DNA from: Macrostomum lignano
Lineage: Eukaryota
Assembly (NCBI GenBank): GCA_002269645.1
Contig: NIVC01003070.1
Location: 1-64,000, forward strand
Reading direction: 5' to 3'
Length of the DNA: 64,000 nt
The position numbers and the translations under genes are program-made. The notes beneath the pieces were generated by a model. It searched no databases, was not told the DNA's origin, and saw only the letters and a list, made by a program, of their open reading frames with translations. Position 1 is the first letter of the stretch. The number at the start of each line of letters is the position of its first letter. Of this stretch, positions 25,718 to 37,500 are shown piece after piece.

Positions 25718-26420
25718 TTTTAGCGCCGCAGGCACTCATTTTAGCGCCGCAGTCACTCATTTTAGCACCGCAGGCACTCATTTTAGCGCCGCAGGCACTC
25801 ATTTTAGCACCGCAGGCACTCATTTTAGCACCGCAGGCACTCATTTTAGCACCGCAGGCACTCATTTTAGCACCACAGGCACTCAATTTAGCGCCGCAGG
25901 CACTCATTTTAGCACCGCAGGCACTCATTTTAGCACCACAGGCACTCATTTTAGCACCGCAGGCACTCATTTTAGCACCACAGGCACTCATTTTAGCACC
26001 GCAGGCACTCATTTTAGCACCGCAGGCACTCATTTTAGCACCGCAGGCACTCATTTTAGCACCACAGGCACTCCTTTTAGCACCACAGGCACTCATTTTA
26101 GCACCGCAGGCACTCATTTTAGCACCGCAGGCACTCATTTTAGCACCGCAGGCACTCATTTTAGCACCACAGGCACTCATTTTAGCACCGCAGGCACTCA
26201 TTTTAGCTCCGCAGGCACTCATTTTAGCGCCGCAGGCACTCATTTTAGCACCACAGGCACTCCTTTTAGCACCACAGGCACTCAATTTAGCGCCGCAGGC
26301 ACTCATTTTAGCACCGCAGGCACTCATTTTAGCACCACAGGCACTCATTTTAGCGCCGCAGGCACTCATTTTAGCGCCGCAGGCACTCCTTTTAGCTCCA
26401 CAGGCACTCATTTTAGCACT
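25718..26420. repeat. Minisatellite, 21-bp unit GCAGGCACTCATTTTAGCACC, about 33 copies
   Basis: Homogeneous tandem array; source of the (QALILAP)n and (KMSACGA)n ORFs. Confidence 0.98.
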
Positions 26421-27704
26421 AAAAGTAAGCACTGGTATTTGGGCCTTAGAAAAGAATACCGACAGGCAACTCATTTTTATTATATAAGATACAGACAACT
26501 CATTTTTAGGATATATAGGATGCCCGGCGCTTCAGCTTGGCCGGCTCTTACGCCACTATGTATTATTATATTTCAAATATTTTTACAGTATTGGTTACAG
26601 TTTGTATATAATGGTGTGCGAGTAATAAAGCAGTGCATCAATATAAATAAATCGAAGTACAGTATAAAATAAATCGAATAAAAGTAGAGAATTGATATTT
26701 GAAAACTGATATGTATTGAATTGTAAAATAGGATTTGACATTATGGAATTAAAAGATATCTCAGTTATTAGGCAATAAAATATTGATTACTATTGTGATG
26801 GATTTAAGTAGTAAAAAATAGTTTACAGGTATTGTCATGGATACAGAGTAATAAGTGACTGTGGATATCAGTTAATTGCTCATTAATTGGTAACGTATGT
26901 AAACAGTCAACATTCAGTGTAAATTTATAGCGTAGCATGACTAGAGAGCTTTATGGTAGCTATAGCGAAGATATTAAAATTGTCAATGTTAGTCAGTTAA
27001 TTCTGTTTTCACTGAACTAAAGTTACTAAACCAATAATTAAACTGGTTTTAAATAAGCATTCATATGCTTCTCACTTTCAACTCGTTTTGCTATGGTGAC
27101 AAAAGTATCCAGGTATCCAGGTGCAGATTTGTGGTGCCCCTATGGCATCGCAGCGGCCAGGCCATAGGCGTTGAATATCCTGGGCCCCAGGTCCGGCTAG
27201 ATTAAAAAGCCGGCAGCCCAGAGCTCCGGCAACGGCAGAGCGCGCTCGAAGCCCTCGTAGCGATCGGGCAGAATCTGAGTGAGAGTGCAAAATGTTTTTA
27301 ACTGGTTAGTTTTGTCTTCGTTACATATTGCTGAAGATTCTGGAGGGTAAAGACCCAGGGTGGATTCTGGAGGGTATTTGCTTAAGACGAACGAGTCAAT
27401 TGTGGATGGAATGTACTTATCTGTTGTAGTAGGATGCAATAACTCGTAGGATGGTAGGATGCAGTGCCGCCAAGTATCAGAACGTAGCCGAGTGGCCAAA
27501 CCAAGGCTGCTGGGGTGCTGGAATTGAACTTAATTGGTTGCATTGAACAGCAGTCCTAAGTAATATTTTTTTAATGTAAATCGTAACAGAGTGCAATTCT
27601 TTTTTACTGATTACAACCTGCCAAGCTTATACTATGGTATGATCAATAAATAAGGAAGAAATTAAAGGCCAAGATTTTCAATTCAAAAAGTGGGCTGGGC
27701 AGAT

Positions 27705-28022
27705 CCCTCGGGGCGAACCATTTTTATTTAAATAATCAACAATCAACATAATCACAACTAAAACCATTTCGCCCCGAGGGTTCATATCTGATTGTAGGGA
27801 AAGTTCTCGGAATTGTCTGTCTGTCTGTCCTTCTGTGTGTCTGTATGTATGTCTGTATCGGTTCGCCTGCCTGTCAGTCTGTCTGTCCTTCTGTATGTCT
27901 GTCTGTATCGGTCTGTCTGCCTGTCTGTCCTTCTGTATGTCTGTCTGTCCTTCTGTATGTCTGCCTGTCTCTCGGCCTGTCTGTCTGTCTGTCCATCCGT
28001 CTGCCTGCTAGCCTGTCTGTCT
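27705..28022 (+). mobile_element. Possible Helentron-associated (DINE-1/HINE-like) element fragment
   Basis: 13-bp inverted repeat CCCTCGGGGCGAA / TTCGCCCCGAGGG (27705-27717, 27768-27780) followed by a (GTCT)n-type microsatellite. Confidence 0.4.
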
Positions 28023-28828
28023 GAAATAGTGAAATAGTGATTTTTTGTGAATTGGTATTATTCTTTATTCCTTAGGGACATCTGTTTAAAAATGTTAAAA
28101 AATTCCAAAAACTTTCCCCACAGTCAGATAGCCCAGCCCACCCAGCGCAATGCGCAATTTGACAGAAAGTGCGTCACTTGTTTTCACAGCCGCAGGCCGC
28201 TGCTTCTAAGGCGCCGGATTCGGCGCCGAATGCGGCGGCGCTGAGGCAGCGGCGGCGGTGGTGGCGGTGGCGCCGGCGGTGGTGGCGCCGGCGGCGGTGG
28301 CGCTTGATCCATCTGGAAAAGAAACCAGAGTTGAGTGAAAAAAAACCATTTTTCGCACCATCTTGAAACCATAATGATGAATTGCGTCACTTAAAACATA
28401 ATGCTAGTGTATGTCTAGAAACCATAGTGCACATGTCCTCCTCATACTAATTTTAGTAGCCTACTCTTCCTAGTTGTCTCGCAGGTCACTCAGATACTCA
28501 GGGTGAACCTCCTGGATTTAAAGGTCTGTGTTCAGTATATTGCTTGTGTATAGGAAAAATTTGTGTGCTTTGGGAGCACTAGAAACGGTGGGAAAGAGAA
28601 AAGTGGATGGCTATGTAATCCTACTAAATTAGTTACGCCATGAAGATTTTAACATTAAGATTCGCATAAAGTAATTTTTTAAATCTAATTGGCCTCCTAA
28701 AAATGCATATTTCCTTGGTTGTTACACTGCCGCAGACTGTGATGGAGCTGGAGATACACAAATTCCTCTTAGGGCTGCTGATTGATTAGTTTCAATATTT
28801 AAGTTTTAATTTCAAGTTGAAATAGGAA

Positions 28829-29394
28829 GTTTCAACTCTGTAACTCAACCGAAAAAGAAACTGTAAGCATGTGAAGTTTGTCTGCTTTTTCTGTTGTTTT
28901 TGCCACTCACTCACTCATTCCCCCAGCCCAGACGAAGGGTCAGGCGATAGGGCTGAATGTACATAGCAAATGTACCGTGTTTTAGAATAACTTTTTAATA
29001 GCCTTCTGTGTACCCCCGCGCGTGGAAAGGCTACGTTTAGCCATGACAGTTTAGTGAGAAATTCTAACCACTGTCCTCTGTATTGGCAAACTCTGCAGCA
29101 GTTTAACAGTGGATGGCAAATCGAGGGAATTCAGCATGGTTTGTAAAAGCGAAAGATTTATGAAAAGGCGATGCAATGCAATACAACCCTACTAAATTAG
29201 TCACACCATGGAAATTTTAGGTTTCTCTTAAAAGTACTTTGAATTTTAAATTTCCTCCTAAGAAATGCGTATTTCCTTTGTTGTTAAACTGCTGCAGACT
29301 GCAGTGGAGATGAAAATACACAAATTCCTTTCAGGACTGCAAATTGGCAAGAAAGAAGACATGATCAAAGCATGAGAACAGCCATGAGAGTACT
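28829..29394. repeat. Inverted copy of 16702-17292
   Basis: See partner; followed by a GA-rich tract matching the CT tract beside the partner. Confidence 0.9.
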
Positions 29395-30949
29395 AAGAGA
29401 GGAAAGAAGACGGGAGAGAGAGCAGAGGAGAGACAACGGGAGAGAAGTGGAGTAAGACAGACACTAAGAAAGACATTGGGACAGACACTAAGATAGACAC
29501 TAGGATAGATAACAGATATGACAGAAATAACTATATATAGCTTATTACTAAATATATATATATAGCTTATTATGAACTGTAAATATCCACCTATAATAAA
29601 TGTCTAAGTCTGTTATAACTAAATGCGCATAGCTTAAAACTCACTATATATGCTTATAACTAAGCAAATATTGGTTATTATGAAGCGTATTATCAGAGTA
29701 AGACTCTAGGAAGTCGAACAATTTTAAAGTTCAAAATGCCATCCACAATTTGTGCAAGCGAAAATCACAATCAAAAAAACGTGGCGCCAAGTCTTATGAC
29801 GCTCGTTAAAAGATTAATCTAATATATTCCATTGAAAAAACTTGATATCGTGCGCTTGCAGCAAAACTGAATTTTACTAAGAATTATTCAAACAGTGGCA
29901 TTTTCGCTTTAAAATTATTCGATTCCTTGAACTTACCTGTATTTAAAGACAAATTAAAAATAACCAAGTATAGCCGTTAAGCTTGCGCTCAAATATTTAT
30001 ACTCTATGCAGGCCTATGCTTAAAATGAGACAAGGATAGCCTTTTCTTTCCAGCTCTTTATATAAGCTCCTTGATACTGGTGAATAAAGCCACAAATTAA
30101 CTTACACCGTGGGTGGTGGCCGTCGTTGAATCAAAAAGCGAGAGGCTCATTAATCAAAGGGAGGGGTTGGCTTGCCTAACTCACCGTTGGAGAATTCTCA
30201 TTGGCCCGCGTGCTCAGTTTTGGGGTGGGTGTAGAACGGTGGCCCTCTCTCAATGTACGATAACTCCTAGTAGGCTGCTTGCAAGTCAGCGTTCAAACTT
30301 TTATGGGAAAACTATTCGACTATATATAATATACTAGAATTTAGAATTAGAATTTAAAATGTATATTAGTATATATAGAATATATACCAGCGTATGGTCA
30401 GACACAAGACAGACAAATGACTCAATGAAGAATTGTATAAAGTTTGAAGTCAATCGCTGTATACGTGGAGCAACCTTGTGTCAGTTGAAAGTTAGTCAAC
30501 TTTAAACCCCTTTCACACATCTGTCTAGTGGCCAGGAAGGAGAGAGACGGAGGTTGGGGTGGCTGTCTCGCTGACGAAAAGCAGACTAACTTTAAAAGTA
30601 CACAGTGCCGTTCAGAATTAACTTCGAGACTCGAAACTTTATACGATTGTGTCAAAATAGTTGAAAATTGGATTGTGTCCAATATTGAAGAGGATTGGTA
30701 AAAGTGGAGCGACGCTATAGAGGATTTCGTGAAATTCTTGCGAAACTTGACAAGCAAACTGTCTCTACCTAATTACAACTTCCTGAGTTCGGCTAGCCAA
30801 ATTGCTGCTTGCCGGTTTTGGTTGGATTCTCGCTAGCAGATTTCGGCTAGCTAATTCCTCGCTAGCAAAATTCCTGCTAGTAACTTTCGGCCAGCAAAAT
30901 TCCTGCTAGCAAATCTCGGCTAGCAAAATTCCTGCTAGCAAGCTTCGGC

Positions 30950-31645
30950 CAAGGACGACTTAAGTAAAAGGACGGGAAACCTCGTTTCTTAGAAAAATTT
31001 TGAAAGCACTTTTTCCCGAAAAAATACACTGCGGAGATAGGAAATTTTCATTTTTTCAGCACAAAAATTGCTATAACTTTTAATAGGAGGCAGATCCAGT
31101 GTTCATCTTTGATATGTTGTGCCTTTTTTATTGCTCTATCGATATTTAAAAAGCTTTCCGCTCAGAAAAGTAGGATTCTTTGTTAATTTTTTATTCTACG
31201 TATATTTCCATGTGTCTTGTGCTTGAAATACATTAGAATGCCACAGCTTGGCTCTTTGGTTTTATAAGTCTATTTTATCCTTCTTACCTGACTGTATAGC
31301 AAATAGTCGTAACATAGATGATAAAATAGATTCATAAAACCAAATATTAGAGCTGTGTCATGCATTTTTGTGATTTTTAGATACAGGAAATATACGTAGA
31401 ATAAAAAATAAACATAGAAATCTAATTTTCTGAACAAAAAGTTTTATAAATATCGATAGAGCAATAAAAAAGGCACAACATATCAAAGATGAACACTGGA
31501 TCTGCCTCCTATCAAAAGTTATAGCAATTTTTGTGCTGAAAAAATGAAAATTTCCTATCTCCGCAGTGTATTTTTTCGGGAAAAAGTGCTTTCAAAAATT
31601 TTCTAAGAAACGAGGTTTCCCGTCCTTCTACTAAAGTCGTCCTTG
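30950..31645. mobile_element. Foldback/long-TIR non-autonomous DNA transposon, probably P superfamily
   Basis: Arms of about 265 bp are near-perfect reverse complements; termini CAAGGACGACTT...AAGTCGTCCTTG; perfect 8-bp TSD GCTTCGGC (30942-30949, 31646-31653). Confidence 0.85.
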
Positions 31646-32777
31646 GCTTCGGCTAGCAAACTTCGGCTAGCAGATTTCGGCAAGCAAATTTCTCGCTAGC
31701 AAACTTCGGCTAGCAGATTTCCTGCTAGCAAATTTCATAGACCCGCTTAGCACAAGCTACAGAAAACCGCGTATATTGAAACCGTGGAATTCCAATCCCC
31801 GAAACTACTTTTGCATGTTTTCCAAAATCTGAAGTCATATTCCAACAAAAACTTGTCAATAGTTAAAATGGCTGGGGTGCTGCGCAGAATGTCAGGAAAT
31901 GTCTGTCTGACTCAAAAACATGTATTGGCAAACTCTGGCCTCTGCCTCTCTCACGTCCCTCGGATTCTTCTCTCGTTGATTTTCCCTCACATTTCTCACC
32001 TGTCTGTCTGCCCGCTTATCTGTCCTTCTCCGTGTTTTTCTGTCTGTCTGTGTGTCTGTACAGGTGTCTGGACTGTACATGCATGTGTCTAAAAAATTAA
32101 AATTTGTGTGTTGAAAAACAAATGGTGTACTATGGCAACTTACCAATGATGGACGGGCTGGCCGCCTCGCCCTCGCCCTCGCCCCCGCCTCGCCCTCGCC
32201 CTCCGCCTCGCCCTCCGCCTCGACCTGGGCCCCATGAGCCGAAGCCAGTATTTCTGTAAAGTTCAAAAGTCGCAATCAAAGTTTTTTGAGAGGTGCGCAA
32301 TTTGTTCTATCAAGATATTTCGGGTGGGGCGGGGATGGGACGTGAATAAGGTCTCTGATAACAAGACCATTATAACCAGAGAACAAGTGTAAGTTGTACT
32401 CTGAGAACTGTTGATTATTTCATTTATAGTAAATTGCTTGTTAACTCAAAACTGCTCAGCTTTTGATGCACAGAGACGTTATACATAAACTATAGTTACG
32501 TATAAGGCTATTCTGAGATTAACACGAGGGAATCAGATAGGATGATATGACATTCAGGGATACGGATGTGAGAATAAGGAAATCTGGAGATTCGGGGATG
32601 CCTTCTCTGACCAGCTACTTCAAGTAGAAATGTAAATCGTAAATGGAGGAAATGAGACTGCATATTTAGGAATATACTAGCAATCTACGCCCCCCGTTGG
32701 GGAGCCAAAACAATGCAATACACATTTTTAATAAGCTACTTGTAGCCCTGAAATCTTGAAAGATCTCCTGTCTAACT

Positions 32778-32828
32778 TCTAACCCTAACCCTAAACCTAA
32801 ACCTAATCCCAACCCTAACCCCAACCCT
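32778..32828. repeat. Telomere-like (TAACCC)n degenerate tract inside the Helitron 3' subterminal region
   Basis: ctaaccctaaccctaaacctaaacctaatcccaaccctaaccccaaccct. Confidence 0.75.
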
Positions 32829-33574
32829 AGGATGATACAAACTGCGTGCATAAATTCGCCAAAGTATTAAACATTTCTGTTAGTTTGACGATTATTATAC
32901 ACAGTACATGTACAAAATACCAATACTGTTTAACTGTACTGTTACGAGCTACAACAAACAAAGAAATAACAAACCGGTACGTGCTTTTAATTAAATTTTA
33001 AACAACCGAAAATTGACGTTCAGAAGTTAAAAAAATTATTTAAACAACACATGTATTTATTTAAATGATATGGTATGATCTGCTGCTAATACAAGCGTAG
33101 CAAGTGAAAATTTGCAATAATGTAATAATTTATTAACAAAAGGATCGACTGTCGCTTCGGCAGATGGTGCCATCGACAAGCAGCCAGTATAGCTTTAGCG
33201 GTACAAAAATGTACATGTATATGCCATCCTGGCTACCTGCCGACTCGCGTCACTGCTCAATTGCATGCATTGGGTGTAAGCAAATGTAGAGACATTCATT
33301 CTCAAACCAAACATTAAGTCGCTCCTCTCTGCTTAAGGCTGCTACAGAGCTTGACTGCAAATGCTCCTTTTAGAGTCTGGAACCACAGGGTATATAGAGC
33401 AGCTCCTATACACCATTCACAAACTCTTTTAGCCCAGTTAAGATGCAGCCAACCTACTCAATGAGGGCTGCTTCATAAATTCCAATTATACATACATGTT
33501 TGACCTGCTTATACCTGTACTATATCTGTTTACTGACTGTATTTTATGGTCTGTTCAGCGACTGTATTAGTGGC

Positions 33575-34195
33575 TGTATTATTGTCTGTTTAGAGGCTGT
33601 ATTGTCTGTTTAGAGGCTGTATTGTCTGTTTAGAGACTGTATTGTCTGTTTAGAGACTGTATTGTCTGTTTAGAGGCTGTATTGTCTGTTTAGAGACTAT
33701 CGTCTGTTTAGATGCTGTATTGTCTGTTTAGAGGCTGTATTGTCTGTTTAGAGACTGTATTGTCTGTTTAGAGACTGTATTGTCTGTTTAGAGACTGTAT
33801 TGTCTGTTTAGAGGCTGTATTGTCTGTTTAGAGACTGTACTGTCTGTTTAAAGACTGTATGGCCTGTTCAGAGGCTGTATTGTCTGTTTAAAGACTATTG
33901 CCTGTTTAGAGACTGTATTGCCTGTTTAGAGACTGCATTGTCTGTAAACAACTGTATTGTCTGTTTACAAACTGTATTGTCTGTTTAGAGGCTGTATTGT
34001 CTGTTTAGAGACTGTATTGTCTGTTTAGAGGCTGTATTGTCTGTTTAGAGACTGTATTGTCTGTTTAGAGGCTGTATTGTCTGTTTAGAGACTGTATTCT
34101 CTGTTTAGAGACTGTATTGTCTGTTTAGAGACTGTATTCTCTGTTTAGAGACTGTATTGTCTGTTTAGAGGCTGTATTGCCTGTTTAGAAACTGC
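33575..34195. repeat. Minisatellite, 20-bp unit TATTGTCTGTTTAGAG(A/G)CTG
   Basis: About 30 tandem copies between the Helitron stop codon and its 3' end. Confidence 0.97.
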
Positions 34196-34556
34196 ATTAC
34201 TGTCTTTCGAACTAAATTAATGACTATTTAAAGATTTTATTACATTGCCTGTTTAGTGACTGTCTTATTGTCTGTTTATACCTGTACTTTTATCTGTTTA
34301 GTGACTGCATGATCAGTGGCTGTATTTTTGTCTGTTAAATGACTGTATATTATGTTCGTGTAAAACTGTTGTAGATGAGTATAAGAAAGAACTTATGAAA
34401 CATCCCTCGTAAATAGGATTTACTCAATGTACTCTCTCAGGGCTATCAGTTCATTGAGACTCCACGCGACTTTGATTTCATTCTCTACAGTCAGACGCCA
34501 GACACTTCTCAAACATATCCCTTGGACTTGAACTCACGAATAGCGTCCGAAATCGC

Positions 34557-37500
34557 TTAGTCTCCAGTGAGCACCTCTGGGTACACCACGTTCCTCGTCT
34601 TAGTTCCAGAAGTACGGACACGGACATTAGCAGCGTTCCTCGCTCGCGACAGAGCCGTATACAGCTGGCCATGAGTAAAGCAACCGACAGCGAGGTCCAC
34701 GCCAACTGTGTCCAGAGACTGTCCCTGTGACTTGTGGATCGTCAGGCAGAAACTCGGCTTCACAGGGAACTGTAATCGTTTAAAACTGACTGGCAGGTCC
34801 GCATTGCTAGGAATCAGCGGGATTCGCGGCAGAAGAATCTCATCTCCCGTGAACTGGCCGGCAGCAATCTTGCATCTAAGCTCGTTCTCGCCCATCGCGA
34901 GTATGATAAGCCGCGTACCATTGCACAACCGTGGCGGGTTGATGTTCCTCAGAAGCACTACTGGCATACCTACTTTTAGCCTCAACAAGTGAATCGGAAA
35001 GTTCGGGGCATCCAGTTGGTTAAGCAACTCAGGCGGGAAGTGCGTAGCGGCATCCACATCGGCCACACTGTCTATTGAGCGGTACTCTCGCAGGCTGCCG
35101 GGGAACATGCCCAGACACGTCTCATTGATGGCATCCACTGAGTCATTGTAAGGCGCCAGGATCGCTCGGCTTGCAAAGTAGCTGTCTCTCCACTGGTTCT
35201 TCAAACGATGGGTACACAAAATTGATCAGGTCAGTGAGAGGCCCTTCCGCAGAAATCACGATCTCGGCTGGCAGAGACACTTTCTCCTCCGCATCCTGCT
35301 TCACTGTTCCGGATCCGATCTGTGGAGGGTTAAAATGTCGAATATTTCATAACCTATACACACTTTTAAGCGTAGGCATTCCTAAATGACACAAACTTAA
35401 AAAATTGAGCTTAAAAACAAACCCGCGCCCAGTGTCTCATTGTCATTCATTTAATAAACTGATGAAATCAAACTTACCTGCTTGAGTAGCTCGGTGTACA
35501 TCTGATACGCTGCAGGATCGGAACTACCAGCATCCGGATGTTTCTCGTCAGGCGATGCCGCTGGAAGTATTTCCACAGTGAGGATCGGATCACACACGCC
35601 ATGACGCTGTTCGCACGAGTCCCATGCACCACAACGGGTAGGAGCTGCCGGAAGTCACCAGCGCACACAAACACCAGTCCGCCAAATGGCGAGTCCTGCT
35701 TCCGCACATCTCGCAAGCACCGGTCGACCGCCTCCAAATCCTTCCGGTTTGTCATAGAAATCTCGTCCCACACAATTAGACGCGCTGTCCGAAACACAGC
35801 AGCTTGCTTGGACTGCACTCCAACAGCGCACACGTCCTTGTTTGAGCGTAATACCCGAATTGGTATCTTGAACCTGACATGGACAAATTTGGGTATCATA
35901 CAGCAGAGGAAATATTCACATTTTACCTATTTAGTTATTCGTAATTTACTAATAATTTACTAATATTAAATATAAACAACTCACGTGGAATGCGCAGTTT
36001 GTCCACCTGGCAACAGAGTCGCTGCGATTCCAGAAGCCGCAACGGCGAGGGCGACTTCACCCCGGCTGCGCACGAAGGCGAGCAAAACCTCCAGCAGGAA
36101 GGTCTTGCCAGTGCCAGCGGGCGCGTCCAGGAAGTGCAAGCCGCCGTTGCCGCTCACAAGATCCCGAGTCACTGACTCGTACACGTCTTTCTGCTCGTCT
36201 GTCAGCATTGGTAAGCGTGCCTCAGTAATCTGCGCTTGCTCAATCGTATCGAACTGCATCGGTCCATCTTGCGGCATCACGGAGGCCGCAGGCAAGCCGT
36301 ACTCTGGCAGGCTTCTCCCGCCCATGGAGGTCAGCATGCTCTGCAGCTCGCGGAGCGCCAGGTCAGTAATCTCCTCGGCACTTAGATCTAGATGGTGGAA
36401 CCGCAGGTCTTCGCACATATCTTCGGCAAAAGAGCACCAAAGGTCGTTGCCATCCTCAGGCTCGCCCCATATGAGAATGACAGCCAGAAGGTGTCTCAGG
36501 GCTCTTGGCATTCTCGACTGAACGGCCTCAGCTAGGCACCGCCGCCAGTGGTCATCTCGCTGCAGCAGGCCGAGGGCCATGCAAGCAGCCTTGGCGCTCG
36601 GGTGCACAACGCCATCCACAGTCTGCAGCGCCTCGAAGCTGGTTGGTCCCCTAACCTGCAAAAGGAGCATGCGAACATAAAATAAATCACCAGTTCTTGG
36701 GCTCACCGTGTACATGCGTGCAACATTTGTGTTCCGCACTACACCCGGGTGGCCATCGACTTTGGCGCCTCGCTTCGCTCGCCGCCACACTCTTTCACTG
36801 GCGTGCCACACGAAGTAGGACGGCACCTCTGTGTAGAGCAAGGACCGAGCAAACTCGTCAGTACGGCACAGCTTGAAAAATGCCGTCAACGTAGAGTCCC
36901 TCGGCGTCCTGGCTCTAGCACTTGCGGTCTGCTCGTTGAAATACACGAGCTGCTCCTCCGACTTGTGAACGCAGAGCCGGATGACCGCCGGAAACCTGTC
37001 GTGCACCTGATCAGAAGGTGGGAGAGGAATAAATCGCTTTTAAGTCTTAGCTGAATGCAAAAAGCCATCCAGCTTTGCAATATTTACTCGTAAAATTTAA
37101 AATTACATCAAAGCCCAAAATGGTATTCACGGCTTCCATTGGGCCAATGTAGCGCGCAGACAGATACTCCTTGATTTCATCACGCGGCCTCTCTCCATCG
37201 TTTGCCGCTACCGTTTGTGCCGGCTGCTGACTACCCGCACTCTGCTCTGTCTCTTCAGCAGAATTCTGATTGGCATTGACTTTGAACGTGGCCATGTCGC
37301 CTTCAGCAAGTACTTGATCACGTACTTGACCGACTTCACAGTGGCACAAACTTCAACGTTCATGTGGCACGCAAACTGGAGCAACAGTTCAGGGCTGTAA
37401 GGCACAACCCACCTGTGTTTAAGGAAAAAAGCATTGTCAAACGTTTCCAACACAAAATACAAGAGGCACCTAATACTCATGACTCGCCTGTTGTCCATGC

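Noticed and set aside
25560-26498. 312-aa and 279-aa heptad-repeat ORFs
   Set aside because: Direct translations of the 21-bp minisatellite.
27078-27499. Coding-like minus-strand fragments (..WIPGYFCHH..)
   Set aside because: Frameshifted, no splice partners found, and no motif I can name.
32778-32828. True telomere or chromosome end
   Set aside because: Short, degenerate and internal to a Helitron.
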